64,000 nucleotides of DNA from Magnetococcales bacterium (GTDB taxonomy: Bacteria > Pseudomonadota > Magnetococcia > Magnetococcales > DC0425bin3): contig JADGCO010000005.1 of NCBI GenBank assembly GCA_015228935.1, positions 13,128 through 77,127 of the forward strand, read 5' to 3'. Numbering within the stretch: position 1 is the stretch's first letter; each line of letters opens with the position of its first letter. Below, in pieces: positions 19,816-29,183 of the stretch. The notes under the pieces are model-generated. The model ran no database searches. It was not told the DNA's origin and saw only the letters and a list, made by a program, of their open reading frames with translations. The translations under genes and the position numbers were made by a program.

Positions 19816-20071
19816 GTTCCAGCAATCAAATAGCAACCACCAGGAAGGAATTCAGGGGAAACGTGCGGCAACATCGGTGCCCGTTGCCTGGGGTCTTCCC
19901 GGACAGGTCCTGCCATGTCTGGATTCAAGGCGCAAAAATACCGTAGGGTCTGGTCGGGTGCGGCGTCCGCCCACGCAGGGGCTTTCGGCCCCATACCGAA
20001 ACCCTGTTCCCGGATACCAACGGATGCGAGTGGATTCTTGCGGAGATGATGACAGCCAACTCTTTGAAAAC

Positions 20072-20148
20072 TGGCGCGCCCGGAAGGATTCGAACCTCCG
20101 ACCCCTTGGTTCGTAGCCAAGTACTCTATCCAGCTGAGCTACGGGCGC
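20072..20148 (-). tRNA. tRNA-Arg (anticodon ACG)
   Basis: The reverse complement folds as a 77-nt cloverleaf. Acceptor stem is GCGCCCG/CGGGCGC, the anticodon loop is CTACGAA, the T-loop is TTCGAAT, and CCA is encoded. Confidence 0.9.
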
Positions 20149-20365
20149 GCACATCACTGCGTAGAGACATCGAAGAGTCCGGGGAGACTAATCCCCTTTC
20201 TCGCATTCGTCAAGTTGAAATTCGTCCCGGAAAAACCTCCTGCTTGCGATAAAGGATGGAACACTGTATATTCCATGCTAAATTGTTATATTATTTTCAA
20301 TATGTTAAAAAATTTACCCAGGCACGATTCCCTCCCTGCAACCAGACGGACCCCGGATCACGACG

Positions 20366-21706
20366 ATGCCCACGAGCAACGCTACCTCCCATCGACTTCG
20401 CCAGGAAATATCCAGACTGATTGGCCAGTTGCATGCCGTGGAACATGTTGCGCCTCCATTTCGTCCTGGTCACACTCCGGTTCCGGTTTCGGGACGTCTG
20501 TTCGGGGCGGAAGAGATTCAAACCCTGGTGGAGGCCTCGCTTGATTTCTGGCTCACCACGGGTCGTTTCAATGCCCGGTTTGAAGAGGAGCTGGGGGCCT
20601 TTTTGCACAACAGGCATGTATTGACCGTCAATTCCGGTTCATCGGCCAATCTGCTGGCCCTGGCGGCCATGACTTCCCGGGCTGCCTGGGGAGAGGCAGC
20701 CCTGCAACCCGGCGATGAGGTCATCACCGTGGCCGCCGGTTTCCCCACAACCCTCAATCCCATCCTGATTTATGGCCTGACACCGGTCTTTGTGGACATC
20801 TCCCTGCCTGACTACAACATCGATGTTGTCCGTCTGGAAGAGGCCATCGGTCCTCGGACCCGCGCCATCATGGTGGCCCATACCCTGGGCAATCCGGTCA
20901 ATCTGGAAAAAGTGACGAAGTTGACCAAAAAACATGGCCTGCGCCTGATTGAAGATTGTTGCGATGCCCTGGGCTCGACGTATCAGGGGCGGTTGGTGGG
21001 CACTTTCGGGGATGTCGGAACGCTCAGTTTCTATCCCGCCCACCATATCACCATGGGAGAGGGCGGTGCCGTTTTTTCCAACAACGCCATTCTCAACCAG
21101 ACCATGGAATCCATCCGTGACTGGGGCCGCGCCTGCCATTGCCCACCCGGCCACGACAACACCTGCAAACGACGTTTCGACTGGCAACTCGGAGAGCTGC
21201 CTTATGGGTACGACCATAAATATGTCTATTCCAATCTGGGTTACAATCTGAAAATCACCGACATGCAGGCCGCCGTTGGTGTGGCCCAGTTGCAGAGGCT
21301 GCCGGAATTCATCGAGCGGCGCAAACACAATTTTCGTCGTCTTCGCGATGGTTTGGCAGATTTGGAACCATTTTTTGTGTTGCCGGAACCCACCCCCCAT
21401 GCCGACCCTGCCTGGTTTGGCTTTCTTTTGCTGATGCGGGAGGGGTTGCCTGTTGCCCGGACCGAATTGCTCCATTTTCTTGATGAAAGCCGGATCGGCT
21501 TCCGTCTGCTGTTCGGCGGCAATCTTCTGCGCCAGCCTTACATGTCGGGTCGTCCCCACCGGGTGGTTGGACCCTTGACCCATACCGACGCCGTCATGCA
21601 CCGCGCCTTCTGGGTGGGCACCTACCCGGGCATCCAGGATGTCCATATTGACTATATCATTGAAAGAATACACCAATTTTTTCGGCAATCGGGTCTTGTT
21701 TCCTGA
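20366..21706 (+). CDS. rfbH: RfbH/DdhC-like CDP-4-keto-6-deoxyglucose 3-dehydrase (DegT/DnrJ/EryC1 family)
   Basis: Collinear with my recollection of Salmonella RfbH: VEASLDFWLTTGRFN, VNSGSSANLLAL, GDEVITVAAGFPTT, LIEDCCDALG, SFYPAHHITMGEGGAV, DWGR.C.C, YDHKY.YS.LGYNLKITDMQAAVG. Confidence 0.8.
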   Translation: MPTSNATSHRLRQEISRLIGQLHAVEHVAPPFRPGHTPVPVSGRLFGAEEIQTLVEASLDFWLTTGRFNARFEEELGAFLHNRHVLTVNSGSSANLLALAAMTSRAAWGEAALQPGDEVITVAAGFPTTLNPILIYGLTPVFVDISLPDYNIDVVRLEEAIGPRTRAIMVAHTLGNPVNLEKVTKLTKKHGLRLIEDCCDALGSTYQGRLVGTFGDVGTLSFYPAHHITMGEGGAVFSNNAILNQTMESIRDWGRACHCPPGHDNTCKRRFDWQLGELPYGYDHKYVYSNLGYNLKITDMQAAVGVAQLQRLPEFIERRKHNFRRLRDGLADLEPFFVLPEPTPHADPAWFGFLLLMREGLPVARTELLHFLDESRIGFRLLFGGNLLRQPYMSGRPHRVVGPLTHTDAVMHRAFWVGTYPGIQDVHIDYIIERIHQFFRQSGLVS

Positions 21707-21806
21707 AATTCAATCCTCTCGACTCCCTGCCGGTTTGTCTGGCGCACGGATCATCCATGCGGCCCCGATGACGGCTTTTTTTGGAAAACCTGCAAGACGT
21801 CCACCC

Positions 21807-21845
21807 CCAGGGCTTTTTTTGCAAACAGCGCAAAAAAAGCCTGGG
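21807..21845. terminator. imperfect hairpin between convergent rfbH and cytidylate-kinase-like gene (possible bidirectional terminator)
   Basis: CCAGGGCTTTTTTTGC-aaaca-GCGCAAAAAAAGCCTGG, with one bulged G. It may be part of the adjacent degenerate MITE fragment. Confidence 0.35.
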
Positions 21846-21854
21846 AAGAGTGGG

Positions 21855-21930
21855 GAAAAAAAAGCATGGGGCTTTGCCCCATACCCAGCCAGGGCTTTGT
21901 CCTGGACCTGCCAGGGAGCCAGCCCCATGA
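21855..21930 (+). repeat. degenerate MITE core fragment
   Basis: GGGGCTTTGCCCC ... CCAGGgctttgtCCTGG ACCTGCCAGGGAGCCAGCCCC aligns with the reverse complement of 19658..19815. No intact TIRs were seen. Confidence 0.5.
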
Positions 21931-21940
21931 AATCTGTGTC

Positions 21941-22660
21941 CTATGTTGTCGGTGTCATGGATATGGGCAAACCCCGTTGCTCCATGGCAAACACGATGAT
22001 GTCCACCATCTGGGCGGATTTGAGGTGATCTGAATTGATCACCAAATCGTAATAGGAGCGGTCGGTTGGCATGAGTTTATAAATTTCCCGGACATACTCT
22101 TTACGCTCGCTCTCAGTTTTGTATATACGGGCCTTGGCCGCCTCGGCATCGATGCCTTCCCGCTCTGCAATGCGTTTGGCGCACCTGTCCATGGAACCTT
22201 CTATCTTTACCCGGAACACTGAAGGATCATTGGCAAGGATCAGATGAGCGCCACGCCCGATAATGACCCCACCGTTTCTGGCAATGACCGTCACTGCCTT
22301 GAACAAGCAGCGCAAATATTCATCCTTGGATCCCTTTCCTCCAGAAAACAAGGAGAGAAACCAACTATTTGTGGAGTCGGCAAATTTTTCGTCAAAAAGT
22401 TGGGTCAGGTGCCTGTTGGATTTCAGGGTATCCACAATGGAATTGAGCAGGGTATAACCGTAGCACTTGACTCCCATCCGTTTGGCCAACTGCTCGGCTG
22501 TTTTACTGCCGTTGGCACCAAATTCACGGGAAACGGTTGCGAGGGGAACCTTGTTTTTGGGTGCGGCGACATCGTTGCTGTTTTCCAGATTGAAGCGAAT
22601 GCTCTCCACAAAGGCGTTGACTGCACGAACGTTGTTTTCCATGGCCATCTCCAAAAGCAT
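21941..22660 (-). CDS. cytidylate kinase-like family protein
   Basis: Contains TVSREFGANGSKTAEQLAKRMG and later GGVIIGRGAHLIL ... FRVKIEGSMDRCAKRIAEREGIDAEAAKARI. This pattern fits the Cytidylate_kin2-type family. It lies 36 nt downstream of the bEBP gene on the same strand. Confidence 0.6.
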   Translation of the reverse strand: MLLEMAMENNVRAVNAFVESIRFNLENSNDVAAPKNKVPLATVSREFGANGSKTAEQLAKRMGVKCYGYTLLNSIVDTLKSNRHLTQLFDEKFADSTNSWFLSLFSGGKGSKDEYLRCLFKAVTVIARNGGVIIGRGAHLILANDPSVFRVKIEGSMDRCAKRIAEREGIDAEAAKARIYKTESERKEYVREIYKLMPTDRSYYDLVINSDHLKSAQMVDIIVFAMEQRGLPISMTPTT

Positions 22661-22696
22661 GCAAAAGGTTGCAAGAATTGCGTCATCTTTTCCCCT

Positions 22697-24130
22697 CTAA
22701 CCATCCGCATTACCTGACTTTCCATGATGACTCAGCCCCATGGTTTTCATCCGCCGCCACAAGGTGCTGCGACTGATATCCAACCTGTTGGCAGCCACCT
22801 GCACCTGCCAGTGAGATGCTTCCAGGGCCTGCAATATGGTTTCCCGATCCAGAATTCTTGCTGGATCACCACTCTTCAAGGGCCGCCCGCGCTGACCGAC
22901 AGGGGGCTGTGGCTGCCTCAGCAAGGGCAGGGAGCGACTCCGGAATTCGGGAGGTAGATTGGACCAGGCCAGGATGGACTGTGGTGCTACGACCATGGCA
23001 TGTTCCAACATATGTTCCAGTTCTCGCACATTGCCTGGCCAATCGTAATCCATGATGGTCATCAGCACCTCTTCACTCACGCCTCTGACCGAACGCTTCA
23101 TGCGGGCGTTGAATCTTGCCAGGAAGTGGTCAATCAGCATGGGCAGGTCAGCCTTATGGTCCCGAAGAGGCGGCAGGTGCATTTCCACCACCTTGAGACG
23201 GTAGTAAAGGTCCTCGCGAAAAAACCCTTCCTGAACCCGCTCCCGCAAATTGCGATGGGTGGCGGTTATGACCCGCACATCCACCCGGATGGGATGATTG
23301 TCTCCCACCGCCTCAAAAACCTTTTCCTGCAAGACGCGCAGAAACTTCACCTGCATGTCCAGAGAAAGGTCGCCAATCTCGTCCAGGAACAGGGTGCCAC
23401 CATCGGCCAATTTGAACCGACCTGGTTTGTCGCGCACGGCGTTGGTGAAAGCCCCGCGTATATGGCCGAATAATTCACTTTCCAACAAACCAACAGGCAG
23501 GGCCGCACAGTTGACCGCCACGAAGGGTCGATGGCTGCGGGGACTGGCATTGTGCAAAGCACGCGCCACCAGTTCCTTGCCGGTACCCGTTTCACCGGTA
23601 ACAAGTACTGTAGAATCAACTTCCGCCAGTCGTTCAATCAGGTCGTAGACCTCCTGCATGGGCTGACTGGACCCCACCAGTCCATGCCACTTTTCGCGTG
23701 TTTTGGTTTCCCGCTCCAGCGTAGCCAATCGGCTTTCGTCCCGCACCACCAGGATGATGCCCTGTGTTTTTTGCACCGGATCCTGGAAAAGTGAGGCCGT
23801 ACAATTCAAGACACGCTCTGTTCCGTCTTCATTCATGACGACCATGCGTACCGCACGCTTGCCTTCACCCTGTTCCCGTGCCTGTTTCAGCAAGGGTTCT
23901 ATTTTGGGAAAGAGCCAGGCGATTTTATCTTGCAGAGATTGATTCATGGACAATGGATCAAGCCCCAGGAGACGCTTGGCCGCATCATTGACCTGGATGA
24001 TGCGCCAGCCTTCGTCGATGGCGACGATGGCATCATCCACGCCTTGAAAAACGGCCTCCAGGCGATTTTTCAACAATTCCCGATCTTCGCGGAGGCGTTC
24101 ATACTCTACAGGGTCCACGACTGCCTCCAT
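22697..24130 (-). CDS. sigma-54-dependent transcriptional activator (PAS - AAA+ - Fis HTH)
   Basis: N-terminal PAS (VDDAIVAIDEGWRIIQVNDAAKRLLG). Walker A is GETGTGKE. The sigma-54 contact loop is ESELFGHIRGAFTNA (GAFTGA variant). The C-terminal HTH is ISRSTLWRRMKTMGL. There is no receiver domain. Confidence 0.9.
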   Translation of the reverse strand: MEAVVDPVEYERLREDRELLKNRLEAVFQGVDDAIVAIDEGWRIIQVNDAAKRLLGLDPLSMNQSLQDKIAWLFPKIEPLLKQAREQGEGKRAVRMVVMNEDGTERVLNCTASLFQDPVQKTQGIILVVRDESRLATLERETKTREKWHGLVGSSQPMQEVYDLIERLAEVDSTVLVTGETGTGKELVARALHNASPRSHRPFVAVNCAALPVGLLESELFGHIRGAFTNAVRDKPGRFKLADGGTLFLDEIGDLSLDMQVKFLRVLQEKVFEAVGDNHPIRVDVRVITATHRNLRERVQEGFFREDLYYRLKVVEMHLPPLRDHKADLPMLIDHFLARFNARMKRSVRGVSEEVLMTIMDYDWPGNVRELEHMLEHAMVVAPQSILAWSNLPPEFRSRSLPLLRQPQPPVGQRGRPLKSGDPARILDRETILQALEASHWQVQVAANRLDISRSTLWRRMKTMGLSHHGKSGNADG

Positions 24131-24463
24131 GTTCCAAAATTAATTTGAATCTTTTTGTTTCATGCAACCAATTGTTTCTTGTTTTGCGACAAATAGACAG
24201 TGTTTTATCGGATCAGACAAGGAAATTAATTGAACCAACCCGTGTATAATAATTAAAGCAAAATACATGCCGTACAATAATTTACATTCAGGAATCCAAT
24301 CCAGAAATTCCGGGACAAATCAATTTAATTCTATCTTTCAAATACTTGTCACATAAAAATTATTGGTCGAACACTGAAAAATAAATATATTTTGCATATT
24401 TGGCGAGAGTTCCATGACGTGTTGCACGGCATTCAATACAAAAGAATGTTTTTATCCAATTAA

Positions 24464-24478
24464 TGGCATAAATATTGC
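24464..24478 (+). promoter_or_regulatory. sigma-54 (-24/-12) promoter
   Basis: TGGCAT-AAATA-TTGC, with GG at 24465-66 and GC at 24477-78 (12-nt register). It sits in the AT-rich divergent region between the bEBP gene and the kinase operon, 209 nt upstream of the ATG at 24687. Confidence 0.65.
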
Positions 24479-24509
24479 TTCAAAAATATTATGTTAAAAA
24501 ATATAAATC

Positions 24510-24634
24510 GCGTCCATTTCGAGATAAGACCCAAATCCCGCCAGGAGGAAGGGCAGAGACGCTTCCTCCTGGACCTCCCTCCCAGTTTTTCATTCATTTT
24601 TTATGGGAAAAAACACGCATCTCAAAGTGGACGC
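24510..24634 (+). mobile_element. MITE-like element copy (125 bp, lacks the GGGGC mini-hairpin)
   Basis: TIRs are GCGTCCATTT at 24510 and AAGTGGACGC ending at 24634. The hairpin is CCAGGAGGAAG-(10 nt)-CTTCCTCCTGG at 24541..24572, followed by CCCAGTTTTTCA. Confidence 0.65.
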
Positions 24635-24686
24635 AGGTTGATATCCACAGTTTGAATAACATATCTCATGGAACGAGGCTGCTGAA

Positions 24687-27600
24687 ATGTCTGCCAATAT
24701 GTTCGTCATGGCCACTATTTTAGTCGTGGACAGCGACCCGAACACTCTATCCTTCCTCTCCAGAACATTGGAGGCCAAAGGTCACGCCGTACACCTGGCT
24801 CCTACCGCCCGTCTGGCCATAGCCTTTCTCCGGACCTCGATGCCGGATCTGGTGATGCTGAACGTCAGGTTGCCGGACATCAATGGCCTCGACGTCTGCG
24901 AGCAGATAAGGTCCATCAAGCCGGACGCCCATGTCCCGATCATTTTCATGAGCGATCACGAGAACCATGACGACAAGGAAAAAGTATTCGATGCCGGCGG
25001 TGTAGACCACGTCACCAAGCCCCTGATTGAAAAAGATGTGCTGGTCCGGGTCTCGACCCACTTGACACTGAGATGGGCACTCCAGGAAATGGGGAAACGG
25101 AATACCCTTCTGGAGGAGCAAATCAAGCGGTGCAAGGAGATCGAGGCAACAGGCAAACAAAGGGAGGAAGCACTGGGTCTCAGTGAAGTCTGCTTCCGTG
25201 GTATTTTCGAGACCGCCATCCACGGCATGGCTCTGGTTTCTCCTGCGGGCAAATTTCTCAAGGTCAACCGTGCCCTGTGCGTTCTGCTTGGTTATGCAGA
25301 AACAGAACTATTGGCCATCGATTTTCAAACCATCATCCACGCCGGTGACCTGGATATCGAAATGGCCTGTGTGCGCCTCATGCTGGCGGGCACGCTGCCA
25401 ACCTACCAAATGGAAAGACGCTATGTTCACAAGGATGGTCACATCATCTGGGTATTGCTGAGCGTCTCCATGACTCGCCTTGAGGGTGGCGACAAGCCGG
25501 TCAATTTCGTATTGCACGTTCAGGACATAACCGACCGGAAAAGCCGCGATGAAAAACTCCTGACCACCAGGAACAAATTGCAAATTCAAGTCGATTGCGT
25601 CAATCGAATCCAGAGCTTGTCCATTGAAGACTCAAATCTGGATACTCTTTTTCAAACCCTTCTCCTTGAAATCCTGAAACTGACCAATAGTGATTACGGT
25701 TTCATCGCCGAAACAAGAATAGATGAAAAAGGTGCAACCTATCTTCAGGCGCTGGCCATTTCCAATATTGCCTGGGACAAGAACAGCAGGGAATATTACG
25801 AGGCCAACGTCTTATCCAGCATCTGTTTTGCCAGAATGCGTGGTTTGCATTTCGCAGTACTGACCAGCGGCGCACCCGTGATTGCCAACGATCCGGTCCA
25901 CGATCCCCGTAGTTGCGGTTTGCCTCCAGACCATCCCGTGCTGGATGCCTTTCTGGGCATGCCCATCAAACGGGGAGATAAAATTTTGGGTGTGTTGGGA
26001 ATAGCCAATCGCCCACACGGCTACAACGCAACCCTGGTGGACGAATACCTGGGACCGGTAATCTTGGCCTGCGCACAAATCATCGAGGGATGCCAGGAAC
26101 GCAGAATAAAAATTGCCAACGAAAATGTTTCGAGCCAGCGCGAAGCCATCCTCACGAGCATGGATGAAGGGGTTATCGTCGTCAATGCCAGGGAAGAGGC
26201 AATTGTTTATGCGAATTTAAAATTCAAAAAAATGTTTCAGTATGAGACTGACGATCTGACCGGAAAAAATTTCAGCATCTTTCACGTGCCTGTAGGCAGG
26301 ACTTCCCGGGAAATATCAACAGAGATTATTGAATCTCTTGACAAGAATGGTGAATGGTCCGGGGAAATCCGCAGCCGGAAAAAAAATGGTTCCACTTTCT
26401 GGTGTCTTGTCACAGTATCGTTATTCGAGCCTCCGCCATTCGGGAAGGAATGGATCTTCATATACAAGGACATCAGTGAAACAAAACGACTTGCAGAAGA
26501 ACTTGATCAGTTTTTTACCATTGTTGACGATCTTTTGTGCATTGCGGATACCGAGGGATGTTTCCAGCGGATCAATCCGGCCTGGGAAAAAGTGTTCGGC
26601 TACTCAATGGCAGATTTGACCGGCAAGTCTCTCATCACGTTCATTCATCCTGAGGATGTCGCAGCTACCGAACAATCACTTGTTGCACAAAACAAACAAA
26701 ATCCAAGGATTCATTTCGTCAACCGCTATCGCTGCAAGGATGGCAGCTACCGCTGGCTGGAGTGGCACTCGGTTCTGGTGGAACAACTTGTCTATGCCAC
26801 CGCACGCGACTTCACCGATCGCAAGGAAACCGAAACCATCATGCGCCAACAGGCAGAGGAGTTGCGCCTGTTCTACGATATGCCCATCATCGGTATGGCC
26901 ATTACCTGCCCCCGTACCAAACGTTGGATTGTGGTCAATAATCAACTTTGCCATATGTTGGGCCACACCAGAGAAGAACTCATCCAACTGACCTGGGCCG
27001 AAATGATTCATCCCCACGACCTGGAAGTCGTCCTGGAGCATTTTCTGGATATCATGCAGGGCAAATCCGATACCTGTGTCATGGATGCAAGATTCCTCCG
27101 CAAAAACGGCCAAATCATGAACATCGTCCTCAATGTGCAAGCCATCCGCAACGATGCCGGCCAAGTGGAACGATTTTTTGCCACATTGCTCAACATCACC
27201 GAACGCAAGCAGACAGAGGATGCCCTGCGGGAAGAATTACTCAAAAATAAAAGCTTTTCCGACATCATGGACAATGTCGAGGCCTACATCTACATCAAAA
27301 ATCGCCAACGAAGATATGTTTATGCAAACCGCCTGGCCCTGGAACTGTTCCAGTGTACCGCCAAAGAGTTGGTCGGCTCAGGGGATGAACGATTTTTTTC
27401 CCCGGGTGCCGGGTTGGAGCAGATTGCACTTGTTGACAAACGGGTATTGGATCATGGTGAAACAACCAAAGAAATTCTTTCGGCGATTCCGCTGAGTCTT
27501 GGCAAGAAAAGGGTTTACCTGGAAGCCAAACGGCCAATTTATGACCAATCCGGAAATATTTGGGGCCTGAGTGGCATTTTTTCCGATATTACCGAGCAGA

Positions 27601-29171
27601 ATCTGGTCGATGAGTCGATACGGGAAAACGAACAGAGGTTGCGGGAAATCACCTCCACCCTGGCAGAAGGTCTGTACGTCATTGACCTGTCGGGACGGGT
27701 CACCTTCATCAACCCCACGGCCCTGACCCTGTTGGGTTGGCAGGAAAAAGATGTGCTGGGACAAATTTCCCACACCCTGTTCCATCACAGCAAGGCCGAT
27801 GGGACCCCTATTCTCCCTGCCGAATGCATGTTGCAGAGTGTGTTATCGAAAAAAATCGTGGCCACCTCGGACGGGGAGTGGCTCTGGCGTCAGGATGGAA
27901 GTGGATTTCCAGCATCCCTGATCGCATCGCCTATTGTCAACGGCAAGGTAAAAGGAGCCGTCGTCGCCTTCCGGGACATCACACAACGCAAAAAAATTGA
28001 AGAAAATTTACACCAGGCCAAGGAACAAACAGAAAAAGCTGCACAGGCCAAAAGCGAGTTTCTGGCAACAATGAGCCACGAAATTCGTACCCCCATGAAT
28101 GTGGTGCTTGGCATGAGTGATGTCTTGCTGGAAACCAATCTGGATCAAAATCAGCGCCGCTACGTGGAAATGATGCACCGTTCAGGGGGGGCGCTGCTTG
28201 GCATCATCAACGATGTTCTGGATTTTTCCCGGATTGAGTCCGGGCAATTCACTCTGGTTGACATGCCCTTTTCTCCCAGCGCTGCGGTGGATGAAACCAC
28301 CCGGATGATGCAAATATCCGCCGAACAGAAAGGCAATACCCTGGTGGCGATCATAGCCCCAGGCATCCCTGATGCCATTTTGGGTGATGATGGCCGGATT
28401 CGCCAGGTTCTCATCAATCTGATCAGCAATGCAGCCAAGTTTACCGAACACGGCCAAATCAGCGTGCATTTGGATTTCCACCCCCAGGAACCGGACACCA
28501 TACTTTTTTCCGTCTCCGATACGGGCATAGGCATTGCCTCACACAATCTGGATCACATTTTCAGTCTGTTTACGCAAGCAGATACAGGAATAAACCGGCG
28601 ATTTGGCGGAACCGGGTTGGGGTTGGCCATTTCCCATCGGCTTGTGGAGTTGATGGGAGGACACATCTGGGTGGAGAGCGAAGAAAAACATGGCAGCATC
28701 TTTTATTTTACCTTGCCGTTACGCATCGCCAAGGCACCCATGCACTCCACCCCACTGGCAAATGCATCCAACCTCCAGGCACGCAGTCTGCGCATATTGT
28801 TGGCCGAAGATTCACCCGACAATCAGGCACTGTTTCAGATTTATCTGAAAAATACCTCTCATAGCCTGGTCATGGTCAATGACGGTCTTGCCGCCGTGGC
28901 ACGTGTCCGCGAAGAGCTGTTTGATCTGGTGTTGATGGATATCCAGATGCCCATCATGGACGGTTATGCCGCGACAAAAGCCATTCGCCAGTGGGAACAG
29001 GCTGAAGGCCGTACCCCTTTGATCATCATTGCACTCAGTGCCCACGCATCCATTGGCAAAAAGGGGGAGAGCCTGGCCGCCGGGTGTGATGACCACTTTT
29101 CCAAGCCCATCAAGAAACAGGTACTTCTGTCGGTACTGAACAATTATGCCACAATGGGTAACACTGGTTGA
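24687..29171 (+). CDS. cytoplasmic hybrid sensor histidine kinase (pseudo-REC - PAS/GAF array - HisKA - HATPase - REC)
   Basis: 1494 aa with no transmembrane segment seen. The N-terminal receiver has Asn at the phospho-acceptor position. Multiple PAS units and a GAF-like segment follow. The H-box is [16 protein letters not shown], and the N, G1 and G2 boxes are NAAKFTEHG, DTGIGI and [10 protein letters not shown]. The C-terminal REC has LMDIQMPIMDG. Confidence 0.9.
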   Translation: MSANMFVMATILVVDSDPNTLSFLSRTLEAKGHAVHLAPTARLAIAFLRTSMPDLVMLNVRLPDINGLDVCEQIRSIKPDAHVPIIFMSDHENHDDKEKVFDAGGVDHVTKPLIEKDVLVRVSTHLTLRWALQEMGKRNTLLEEQIKRCKEIEATGKQREEALGLSEVCFRGIFETAIHGMALVSPAGKFLKVNRALCVLLGYAETELLAIDFQTIIHAGDLDIEMACVRLMLAGTLPTYQMERRYVHKDGHIIWVLLSVSMTRLEGGDKPVNFVLHVQDITDRKSRDEKLLTTRNKLQIQVDCVNRIQSLSIEDSNLDTLFQTLLLEILKLTNSDYGFIAETRIDEKGATYLQALAISNIAWDKNSREYYEANVLSSICFARMRGLHFAVLTSGAPVIANDPVHDPRSCGLPPDHPVLDAFLGMPIKRGDKILGVLGIANRPHGYNATLVDEYLGPVILACAQIIEGCQERRIKIANENVSSQREAILTSMDEGVIVVNAREEAIVYANLKFKKMFQYETDDLTGKNFSIFHVPVGRTSREISTEIIESLDKNGEWSGEIRSRKKNGSTFWCLVTVSLFEPPPFGKEWIFIYKDISETKRLAEELDQFFTIVDDLLCIADTEGCFQRINPAWEKVFGYSMADLTGKSLITFIHPEDVAATEQSLVAQNKQNPRIHFVNRYRCKDGSYRWLEWHSVLVEQLVYATARDFTDRKETETIMRQQAEELRLFYDMPIIGMAITCPRTKRWIVVNNQLCHMLGHTREELIQLTWAEMIHPHDLEVVLEHFLDIMQGKSDTCVMDARFLRKNGQIMNIVLNVQAIRNDAGQVERFFATLLNITERKQTEDALREELLKNKSFSDIMDNVEAYIYIKNRQRRYVYANRLALELFQCTAKELVGSGDERFFSPGAGLEQIALVDKRVLDHGETTKEILSAIPLSLGKKRVYLEAKRPIYDQSGNIWGLSGIFSDITEQNLVDESIRENEQRLREITSTLAEGLYVIDLSGRVTFINPTALTLLGWQEKDVLGQISHTLFHHSKADGTPILPAECMLQSVLSKKIVATSDGEWLWRQDGSGFPASLIASPIVNGKVKGAVVAFRDITQRKKIEENLHQAKEQTEKAAQAKSEFLATMSHEIRTPMNVVLGMSDVLLETNLDQNQRRYVEMMHRSGGALLGIINDVLDFSRIESGQFTLVDMPFSPSAAVDETTRMMQISAEQKGNTLVAIIAPGIPDAILGDDGRIRQVLINLISNAAKFTEHGQISVHLDFHPQEPDTILFSVSDTGIGIASHNLDHIFSLFTQADTGINRRFGGTGLGLAISHRLVELMGGHIWVESEEKHGSIFYFTLPLRIAKAPMHSTPLANASNLQARSLRILLAEDSPDNQALFQIYLKNTSHSLVMVNDGLAAVARVREELFDLVLMDIQMPIMDGYAATKAIRQWEQAEGRTPLIIIALSAHASIGKKGESLAAGCDDHFSKPIKKQVLLSVLNNYATMGNTG

Positions 29172-29183
29172 GGATGCAGCAAG

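Noticed and set aside
19816-20071. Structured ncRNA (SRP, 6S or tmRNA-like) in the 256-bp gap next to tRNA-Arg
   Set aside because: A CCAGGAAGGAA string and a GGGGCTTTCGGCCCC hairpin caught my eye. The conserved SRP helix-8 sequence and order, the tmRNA 5' end and a 6S-like long bulged helix are all absent. The hairpin region more likely represents another degenerate element fragment.
20366-21706. DegT-family gene as the missing ArnB transaminase of the arn operon
   Set aside because: The sequence follows RfbH/DdhC (YPAHHITMGEGG, ~446 aa with a C-terminal extension) rather than the ~380-aa Lys-containing ArnB type. It is also 10 kb from the arn operon with housekeeping genes in between.
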